In this document: positions 9,492-16,619 of the stretch, one piece after another | Layout of the letters: each line of letters begins with the position of its first letter | Numbering within the stretch: position 1 is the first letter of the stretch | Notes under the pieces: generated by a model | Databases searched by the model: none | The model's input: the letters and a program-made list of their open reading frames with translations, nothing else | Told to the model about the DNA's origin: nothing | Source of the DNA: Elusimicrobiota bacterium | GTDB lineage: Bacteria > Elusimicrobiota > Elusimicrobia > Elusimicrobiales > UBA9959 | Reading direction: 5' to 3' | Assembly (NCBI GenBank): GCA_037137395.1 | Contig: JBAXKK010000015.1 | Span: 1-39,945 of the forward strand | DNA length: 39,945 nucleotides | Translations under genes and position numbers: made by a program

Positions 9492-10610
9492 ATGAGAACC
9501 AATTTGAGAATTATCGCTGTGACGGCGGCGTTCGGCTTGCTGGTCTCCTGCGCCGGCAGGACCGTGCGGCCCGCGGCGGAAGGCAGCGTTGAGACTATTG
9601 AAACTGCCGGCTTAGCTCCGTACAACGATCGCGACCTGTCTTCCACAGTCAACGCGGCCGTGACCGAGGCCCAGAAAAACGCGATAGAGGCTGTGGCCGA
9701 CTTATTCATGGGCCCCCGGTCCAAAACTGAAAAATATGACGTATTCAAGCGGAATCTGCTCAAGAATCCAGCGATGTATGTTAAAAAATACAAGCTCCTT
9801 TCTGAGCGGCGCGAAGGGGCGTTCTACCGCGTGAATATTCAGTCCTATATATATATCGACAAGGTCTCATCAGCTCTCAGAGGGCTGGCGCTTTTAGAGA
9901 TGCCCGGGGCCGGCGTTTCCGGCGCCCTTATGCTTGACGAGTATTTCAGGACGGCGGCTTCTCCGTATAATGACGCGGGCCGGGCTTTTTCAGATTACCT
10001 TGTGGGCAAGACGACTGTCCGCTTCCTGGACACTATGGCGCTTAAGAACTCAAAGGATGAAGACTCCTTCTTCGAGGCTGCCCGCGCTTCCGGCGCGGAC
10101 CTGGTATTTATCGGTCGCGCCGAAGCCGATCCGATGGGCGCCGCGCAAGGGCCGCAGGCCGGTTTCTACCCCGCCCGCGCTAAGGCCGAGCTTAAGATAT
10201 ATGAGGCAGGCACCCGCCGGCTTCTACTGGAGATATCCGGCCAATCCAACGCTTTGGATGCGGCCGAAGAGGGAGCTTTCAGAAAGGCCCTGGCCTCCGC
10301 CGGAGAAATGCTGGGGGCTGAAGCTTTTTCAAAAGCCGATAAATTTATAAAGCCGGAAACGCCGCTTACTCTGCGCGTGAGGGGCCTCAAAGGCATAGAA
10401 GAAGCGCGCAAGCTGATGTCCGCGGTGGGCGCGATGGAAATCGCCGGCGCCGCGCTGGAAAGCTATTCAAACGGGGAAGCCGTTATTACCGTAATTCCGG
10501 TGCGCCCCGACCCGCAGGAATTTTCCAGCGCTTTGCTTCGGACCGGGGTTTTCAACCTGGAGCTTGAAAGCGTCAGCCAGTTTGAAGCCGTGTTTTCAGT
10601 TATCCGATAG
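9492..10610 (+). CDS. Lipoprotein with FlgT-N-like domain
   Basis: AAGGAG SD, lipobox LVSC, AVTEAQKNAIEAV..YVKKYKLLSE..YRVNI (FlgT_N/LPP20-like pattern) and a TolB-N/CsgG-like middle region (GADLVFIG). Confidence 0.6.
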   Translation: MRTNLRIIAVTAAFGLLVSCAGRTVRPAAEGSVETIETAGLAPYNDRDLSSTVNAAVTEAQKNAIEAVADLFMGPRSKTEKYDVFKRNLLKNPAMYVKKYKLLSERREGAFYRVNIQSYIYIDKVSSALRGLALLEMPGAGVSGALMLDEYFRTAASPYNDAGRAFSDYLVGKTTVRFLDTMALKNSKDEDSFFEAARASGADLVFIGRAEADPMGAAQGPQAGFYPARAKAELKIYEAGTRRLLLEISGQSNALDAAEEGAFRKALASAGEMLGAEAFSKADKFIKPETPLTLRVRGLKGIEEARKLMSAVGAMEIAGAALESYSNGEAVITVIPVRPDPQEFSSALLRTGVFNLELESVSQFEAVFSVIR

Positions 10611-10616
10611 AGGTCT

Positions 10617-11267
10617 GTGAGGCGGCGATTGAAAAAACTTTGGAGCAACTCCGGCTTATTCCGCTGCAAGGCCTTACTGGTGCCGCTCTTGGCCGTTTTC
10701 AGCGCCTGCGCAGGAGCCGGAGCCTATATTGTTTCGCCGGGTTTGAGCTCCGCGACCGACGGGCGTATAGTGATGCTGCCCTTTGAAAACTTTTCAAATG
10801 ACGTTTCCGCCCCTGTACTTATAAGGGAGGCGGCCGCGAAACGATTTACCGGCCGCGGTTACGCGCCATTTGATCTCGGGGAAACGGACGAGCGTCTGCG
10901 CGACTTGGGGATAACTGATGGCGGGCAATTAGCCGCGGTCAAGCCGGCCGATGTCGGAGCGGCTTTCGGCGCCGATTTCCTGTGCTACGGAACGCTGGAG
11001 GATTTCACTTTTCAAAATCTGGGGTTCGTTATGCGCAAGCGCGTTAAACTCCGGCTGAAGATAGTTTCTGCTGCCACGGGAGAGATATTATTTGAGGCCG
11101 GGGGGACCGGGAAGGATATGCGAGTTTATCTGGACAAGGAAGAGGCCAAGCGGGCGTTCATAGTTAATAGCGCGGTGAAACTCGCACAGAATATGCTTAA
11201 GCATCCACTCTGGCCCGAATCCGAGAAGGCTCTCAATCTGATCTTCAACCGGCTGCCGCAAAGATGA
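10617..11267 (+). CDS. GNA1162/DUF799-like lipoprotein
   Basis: Lipobox FSAC, IVMLPFENFS, RGYAPFDLGETDERL, FGADFLCYGTL and TGEILF. Confidence 0.7.
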   Translation: MRRRLKKLWSNSGLFRCKALLVPLLAVFSACAGAGAYIVSPGLSSATDGRIVMLPFENFSNDVSAPVLIREAAAKRFTGRGYAPFDLGETDERLRDLGITDGGQLAAVKPADVGAAFGADFLCYGTLEDFTFQNLGFVMRKRVKLRLKIVSAATGEILFEAGGTGKDMRVYLDKEEAKRAFIVNSAVKLAQNMLKHPLWPESEKALNLIFNRLPQR

Positions 11268-11321
11268 AGAGGTGCGGATACTATGTATCCGCCTAACGCT
11301 GTCACTAAATGGAGAAATAAA

Positions 11322-12311
11322 ATGAATAAAAATAAACTTACTATGACCGGCCGCCTGATGGCCACAATCCTTTGTTACGGCGCCTGCGCGGGTATTGTGA
11401 CCGCGTTAATGCTTGCGGCGGCCTGTTCGCCCTCTAAAACCGTGAAGATGCAGCAGGCGCTCAGCGTTGACGAAACGGAGAAAGTCGCGTCCAAGTATAC
11501 CGGCCCTAAACGCCGTATCGGCGTGGTGGAATTTGCCAATAAGACCGCTTACGGCCAGGGCCGTCTCGGAGGCGCCGCCACGGATATTCTTGTGACCGAA
11601 CTAACGAAGTCCGGAAAATTTATAGTTGTGGAACGCGACCGCATGGAAAAGATAATGCAGGAGCAGAAGTTTCAGAGTCAGGGAATGACCGATCCCCAGA
11701 CCGCGGCTCAGGTGGGACGCATCCTGGGCCTTGAGGCCATAGTGGTCGGCGCTGTTTCACAATTCGGCACGAAAACCGAAGGGTCGGATTATCTTATCAG
11801 CCAGACAAAAAAACAGGTGGCGGATGTCACCGTTGACATCAGGCTTGTGGATACCCAGAGCGGCCAGGTATTAATGGCCGACTCCGGCAAGGGGCAGGCC
11901 AAGTCCAAGAAGGGATCTTTCCTGGGTATGGGCACCAAGGGCGGCTATGATGAGACAATCGAAGGCGAAGCCCTTCGCGCCGCCATCGTGCAGTTCGTTA
12001 TAAATATCGACAGTCAGCTCAACAAGAAGGCCTGGTCATGCATGGTGGCCGACGCTTCCGGCGAAGATATCTACCTGAACGCGGGTCAGGATTCCGGTGT
12101 TACCGTCGGTATGAAGTTGGATTGTTACAGCCAGGGTGCCGAGATACGCAACCCGCAGTCCAACCTTGTTATCGGGCACAGGGAAGAATACCTGGGCGCC
12201 GTGGAAGTTCAGCGCTATTGCGGAGATATGGGTGACTGCTCGATCGCCAGACTGGTAAAAGCTGCCGGCGGCTCGCCCAAAGCGAAGGATATCTGCCGGA
12301 TATCGAAGTAA
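11322..12311 (+). CDS. CsgG/HfaB-family lipoprotein with FlgT-C-like domain
   Basis: GGAGA SD before ATG 11322, lipobox LAAAC, KRRIGVVEF, SGKFIVVERDRM..IMQEQ, VDIRLVDTQSGQV and C-terminal IYLNAGQDSGVTVG. Confidence 0.8.
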   Translation: MNKNKLTMTGRLMATILCYGACAGIVTALMLAAACSPSKTVKMQQALSVDETEKVASKYTGPKRRIGVVEFANKTAYGQGRLGGAATDILVTELTKSGKFIVVERDRMEKIMQEQKFQSQGMTDPQTAAQVGRILGLEAIVVGAVSQFGTKTEGSDYLISQTKKQVADVTVDIRLVDTQSGQVLMADSGKGQAKSKKGSFLGMGTKGGYDETIEGEALRAAIVQFVINIDSQLNKKAWSCMVADASGEDIYLNAGQDSGVTVGMKLDCYSQGAEIRNPQSNLVIGHREEYLGAVEVQRYCGDMGDCSIARLVKAAGGSPKAKDICRISK

Positions 12312-12378
12312 GTCCGCATAGCGGATTTGCGCCATATACCAATAGATCGTAAGCCATAAGCAAACCGTTCTTTGAAAA

Positions 12379-12563
12379 TTAGCCCGAATCCTGCAGTTCA
12401 GAATGATTCCCATAGAGAAATCAGGGAACAAAATTATTCTGCAGGATTCCCCGCTGGTCGGGCGGAGGGCCAAGCGCTATGCGCGACATCCCGACGGGGT
12501 GTATTCCTCCCGAAGGGCGCCCGTTATACGGGCGGAAAACTTCAGCTAAAGTTTTCAGGTTAG
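12379..12563 (+). mobile_element. MITE copy 1 (177-bp core 12383-12559, TTAG target duplication)
   Basis: Near-identical inverted copy at 29994-30180, imperfect CC-starting terminal inverted repeats, and TTAG on both sides. Confidence 0.8.
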
Positions 12564-12674
12564 CGGTAAACCCGTAAAACGAACCCGACAGTACGCTGTC
12601 GGGGTGAGTCTCTATAATATTTCTGTGTATGGCCTGAAACAAATGGCTTATCGCGGAAGTTTTGAGGGGGGCAC

Positions 12675-14210
12675 ATGCTGTCAAAGCTGCGTACCTTGGG
12701 GCTCAGGGGCATAGACGGTTTCAGTATAAGGGTTGAAGTTGATATCGCGGCGGGTTTGCCGTCTTACGCCGTAGTGGGATTGCCGGATGCCGGTATAAAA
12801 GAGTCTAAGGATCGGGTGGTGGCAGCGGTGAGGAACTCCGGCTTCGACTTCCCGATAAAAAGGATTACTGTAAATCTTGCGCCGGCCGAAGTGAAAAAGA
12901 CGGGCACTCATTTTGATCTGCCCATAGCGCTGGGTGTGCTGGCCGCCTCAGGCAAAGTCGGCAAAGGTGCTTGCGGCAGGCTTGAAACCTCCGTATTTAT
13001 AGGGGAATTGGCGCTGGATGGGGCGCTGCGGCCGGTGGTGGGCGTCCTGCCGATGCTTTTGTCGCTTAAGAAAGCGGGCGCGCGGACGACCATTATCGTA
13101 CCGCGCGATAATTCCGCGGAAGCGGCACTGAGCGGCCTTGAATGCCTGGGCGCGTCCAGTCTAAAGGAAGTCTTGGACTGGATTAACGGCGAGACGCAGA
13201 TTCCGGCCTGCCTCAGGGCGGAACGGGAGAGAATTATCTCCGTCACGGGAGATTTTTCAGAGGTGAAGAGCCAGGCGTTTGCCAAGCGTGCGCTTGAGAT
13301 AGCGGCCGCCGGTGGGCACAATGTCATAATGATAGGCCCTCCCGGAACGGGTAAGAGCATGCTGGCGCGGCGCTTCGCTTCCATTTTGCCGCCGCTGACT
13401 GATGAGGAGGCGCTGGAAGTTACCAAAATTTATTCGGTCAGCGGCCTGATAAAGTCTTCCCGCCTCGTGACCGAGCGGCCGTTCCGTGAGCCGCACCATA
13501 CGATTTCGGACGCCGCACTGATAGGGGGAGGCACAAATCCCCGGCCGGGCGAAGTGTCCCTTGCTCATAACGGGGTGTTGTTCCTGGATGAATTTACTGA
13601 GTTTTCCAGGCCGGCTATAGAGTCACTGCGGGAGCCGCTTGAATCGTGGAAGGTCACTGTTTCCAGGGTAAAGGAAACAGTTGTTTATCCGGCCAGATGC
13701 CTGTTACTGGCGGCCATGAACCCGTGTCCGTGCGGATATTTCGGTCACGCGGTCCGGGAATGCGCATGTACGCCGCTGCAGGTTCACAAGTACCGGGCAA
13801 AAGTTTCCGGCCCTATTATGGATCGCATAGACATGCACCTGCAGCTCAGTCCCTTAAAGTTTGCCGATTGGGAGGCCATACCGCGGGGCGAGACTTCTCT
13901 TCAAGTGGCTGGCAGGGTGTCCGAGGCGATGGATATCCAGCGGAAAAGATTCAGTGATTCGGGTGTGCGCGCCAACGCTTTTATGGGAGTGCGCGAATTG
14001 CGCGAACACTGCCGGCTCCCTTCCGGCGCGTCCGGCTTGCTTGAGACCGCGATGAATAAACTGGGCTTTTCCGCGAGATCCCTGGACAAGATACTCAAGC
14101 TCTCGCGCACTATCGCGGATCTGGACGCTTCTCCGGAACTTAAGAAGGAGCATATTATAGAGGCCATGCAGTACCGGGCTCTGGATAAGACCGCAGAACT
14201 GGTGGCATAG
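12675..14210 (+). CDS. comM: YifB/ComM Mg-chelatase-like AAA+ ATPase
   Basis: VVGLPDAGIKESKDRV, GPPGTGKSMLA, FREPHHTIS, PGEVSLAHNGVLFLDE and AAMNPCPCG. A TATAAT lies at 12613-12618. Confidence 0.93.
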   Translation: MLSKLRTLGLRGIDGFSIRVEVDIAAGLPSYAVVGLPDAGIKESKDRVVAAVRNSGFDFPIKRITVNLAPAEVKKTGTHFDLPIALGVLAASGKVGKGACGRLETSVFIGELALDGALRPVVGVLPMLLSLKKAGARTTIIVPRDNSAEAALSGLECLGASSLKEVLDWINGETQIPACLRAERERIISVTGDFSEVKSQAFAKRALEIAAAGGHNVIMIGPPGTGKSMLARRFASILPPLTDEEALEVTKIYSVSGLIKSSRLVTERPFREPHHTISDAALIGGGTNPRPGEVSLAHNGVLFLDEFTEFSRPAIESLREPLESWKVTVSRVKETVVYPARCLLLAAMNPCPCGYFGHAVRECACTPLQVHKYRAKVSGPIMDRIDMHLQLSPLKFADWEAIPRGETSLQVAGRVSEAMDIQRKRFSDSGVRANAFMGVRELREHCRLPSGASGLLETAMNKLGFSARSLDKILKLSRTIADLDASPELKKEHIIEAMQYRALDKTAELVA

Positions 14211-14338
14211 TATTGAAGAAGCTGTTACTGTTGCACTGCACTAGCGGAGGGTGAGGATAATTTTAAAGCATTATGAAATTATTTGTTTCACTGACCGCTA
14301 AGCGCTAACGATAATACTGTCGTGGTATGGAGGAACTA

Positions 14339-15109
14339 ATGAAACTGTTTATGACTGTTGGAGTAATTATTTCGCTGGCCGCTTCTTCAGGGGCTCAGCC
14401 TGTGAGTCTGTCGGGGAAGTCTGAAGTATCTAAAAAACATGAGGTTTCGAAAGGCGAAACCCTGTGGGGCCTTTCAGATAAATACTATGGCAATCCTTTT
14501 AAATGGGGAAAAATATATAACGCCAATCTTGATCGGATTGCGAATCCGGACCTTATCTATCCCAATGATGAGATAACGATTCCGGAAATTACCGAGACAG
14601 TAATGCCAGTCCCGGAAGAAACGGCGGAACTTTACACTGAAAAGGCTGCTGACACAGCTTCCGTGAGTGTCGGAGAAGTTTCCTCCCCCGCGGTCGCAAA
14701 GGTTAAAGCTCCTAATTTTGAGCCTATGGAGCCTTCCATGGAGATGCCGGCGGATCAGAGAGAATGGGCGGCCGGCCCCGCAACAGTAGTGCCTAAGAAC
14801 TGGAAGGCGGACGGCGTGATAATCTCCAGGATTAATGACGGGACTGATGAAGACAATGACAGTCTGACCGTGCCCGGAGACCGGGTGCGCATAAAGGTCA
14901 GAAAGCCCGCGCTGTTCCGGCCCGGGGAGATTATATCCGCCTATATTATGGGCGCTACGGCCTATGATAAGAAGACCAATAAGAAACTCGGCCGGGAGCT
15001 TCAGAAGACCGGGAATCTGGAAGTGCTGAGCGTGAAAAAAAATATTGTTAAGGCCCGCGTCATAAAGTCAAACACTTCGGTGGATAGCGGGCAGGTGATA
15101 AAGAGATAA
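14339..15109 (+). CDS. Secreted LysM protein, TsaP-like
   Basis: GGAGG SD, signal peptide, LysM VSKGETLWGLSDKYYGNPFKWGKIYNANLDRIANPDLIYP and a beta-rich C-terminus. It sits immediately upstream of dprA, as tsaP does in many diderms. Confidence 0.75.
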   Translation: MKLFMTVGVIISLAASSGAQPVSLSGKSEVSKKHEVSKGETLWGLSDKYYGNPFKWGKIYNANLDRIANPDLIYPNDEITIPEITETVMPVPEETAELYTEKAADTASVSVGEVSSPAVAKVKAPNFEPMEPSMEMPADQREWAAGPATVVPKNWKADGVIISRINDGTDEDNDSLTVPGDRVRIKVRKPALFRPGEIISAYIMGATAYDKKTNKKLGRELQKTGNLEVLSVKKNIVKARVIKSNTSVDSGQVIKR

Positions 15110-15128
15110 CTAGGAATATGGCTTATGG

Positions 15129-15168
15129 CAAACTTTATGGCTCATGCCATAAAGTTTGAGGGGGGGGG
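15129..15168 (+). promoter_or_regulatory. Perfect 13-bp hairpin followed by a G9 ribosome-binding region of dprA
   Basis: CAAACTTTATGGC-TCAT-GCCATAAAGTTTG followed by AGGGGGGGGG. Confidence 0.55.
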
Positions 15169-15173
15169 TGGGT

Positions 15174-16310
15174 ATGACTGTAAAAACAGAAGAAGAAGCG
15201 CTAGCGCGTGTCCGGCTGAACGCAGTTTCCTGCATGCGGACCGATTGGCTCTTAAGGCTGATATCTGTCTACGGCGGGGCTAGGGAAGTCCTCTCCAAAA
15301 GTTCCTCCGACCTCTCCGCCGACGGCGGACTTTCTCCGGAAACCGCCGCAAATTTTATGGCAGGACTAGCGGCCGCGGACCCGTATAAAGAGCTTGAAGC
15401 CGCGCGCAAGGCCGGCGTACGGGTGTTAACCGCGCTTGACGAAGATTTTCCGGCGCTCCTTAAAACCATATATGATCCGCCCCTCGCCCTTTACGTCAAG
15501 GGGAATTTGGAATCCGGCCGCGTGCCGGTGGGGATCGTAGGCACGCGTAAACCCACGGATTACGGAGCGCGCAGCGCGGCCAGGCTGTCGCGCGAACTGG
15601 TAAAGGCCGGGCTTACTGTTGTAAGCGGCCTGGCCCGCGGCGTGGATACCGTGGCCCACGACGCTGCGGTCAAATCCGGCGGGCTGACCTGGGCGGTGAT
15701 GGGTACCGGCATGAATATGGTGTATCCGCGCGAAAATAAAAAGCTTGCTGAAAGGATCCTTGAGAGCGGCGGGGCGCTGGTATCGGAGTTTCCGATGGAT
15801 GACGGACCGCTGTCTGCGCATTTCCCCAGACGCAACCGCATAATATCCGGCCTGTCCTATGTTACCGTGGTTATTGAGGGGGATTTTAAGTCTGGCTCGC
15901 TGATAACCGCCAAGGCCGCATTGGAGCAGGGGCGTGAAGTTCTCGCTCTGCCGGGTCCGGTGGATAGTGTAATGAGTCGCGGCCCCAATATGCTTATCAA
16001 GAACGGCGCCGCGATGGTTGAGGACGCGGTTGATGTTATAGCCGCGCTGCCGCCTGATGTGTTGTTCGGCCTGATTCCAGCCCGCCGTTCCCGTAAAGAA
16101 GAGGAGGGGTCCTTCGGGAGACTTCGCAGTCTCTCGCCGGACGCCAATGCAGCCTATGGTGCTATAGCCGGGGGCGGGGAAGGATTGACAATTGACGGCC
16201 TGGTTGGCGCCCTCAGCTGGACGGTGCAGCGTGCGGCCGCCGCGCTCTTTGAGCTTGAGGCTTCCTCCCTCATCACCCAAATCGCGGACAAATACAAGCA
16301 TACAGTTTAA
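15174..16310 (+). CDS. dprA: DNA-processing protein DprA
   Basis: DPPLALYVKG, IVGTRKPTDYG, VSGLARGVD, FPRRNRIISGLS, SGSLITA and a C-terminal winged helix. Confidence 0.95.
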   Translation: MTVKTEEEALARVRLNAVSCMRTDWLLRLISVYGGAREVLSKSSSDLSADGGLSPETAANFMAGLAAADPYKELEAARKAGVRVLTALDEDFPALLKTIYDPPLALYVKGNLESGRVPVGIVGTRKPTDYGARSAARLSRELVKAGLTVVSGLARGVDTVAHDAAVKSGGLTWAVMGTGMNMVYPRENKKLAERILESGGALVSEFPMDDGPLSAHFPRRNRIISGLSYVTVVIEGDFKSGSLITAKAALEQGREVLALPGPVDSVMSRGPNMLIKNGAAMVEDAVDVIAALPPDVLFGLIPARRSRKEEEGSFGRLRSLSPDANAAYGAIAGGGEGLTIDGLVGALSWTVQRAAAALFELEASSLITQIADKYKHTV

Positions 16311-16331
16311 AAGGTGCCGCATAGAAAGCTC

Positions 16332-16455
16332 CCATTAGCCACAGGCAGAAAAGGACTGTTATTTGCTATTCGCCGTACGCCATATGCAGAATAAAAACTT
16401 GCCGTTTGCCATATGCTTTAAGGAGTTAGCTGATTTTTCTGCGAATGGCTAATGG
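16332..16455. repeat. Intergenic inverted repeat enclosing GCCATAT-type heptamers
   Basis: Arms CCATTAGCCA-cag-GCAGAAAA and TTTTCTGC-gaa-TGGCTAATGG, with internal GCTATTC GCCGTAC GCCATAT and GCCGTTT GCCATAT. Confidence 0.65.
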
Positions 16456-16619
16456 CGTCAAGCAAATGGCGGTTTTATTACCAATATTTATAATATTGTC
16501 GCATTGGCCCGTAAAAAAGGATAAAATATATTTTCGTTAATTTATTTACCCTCGGTGCAGCGGGGCCCTTTCGGGTTTCCCCTGCGCCAGACAATAGACA
16601 TATAAGGGATTTATATATT

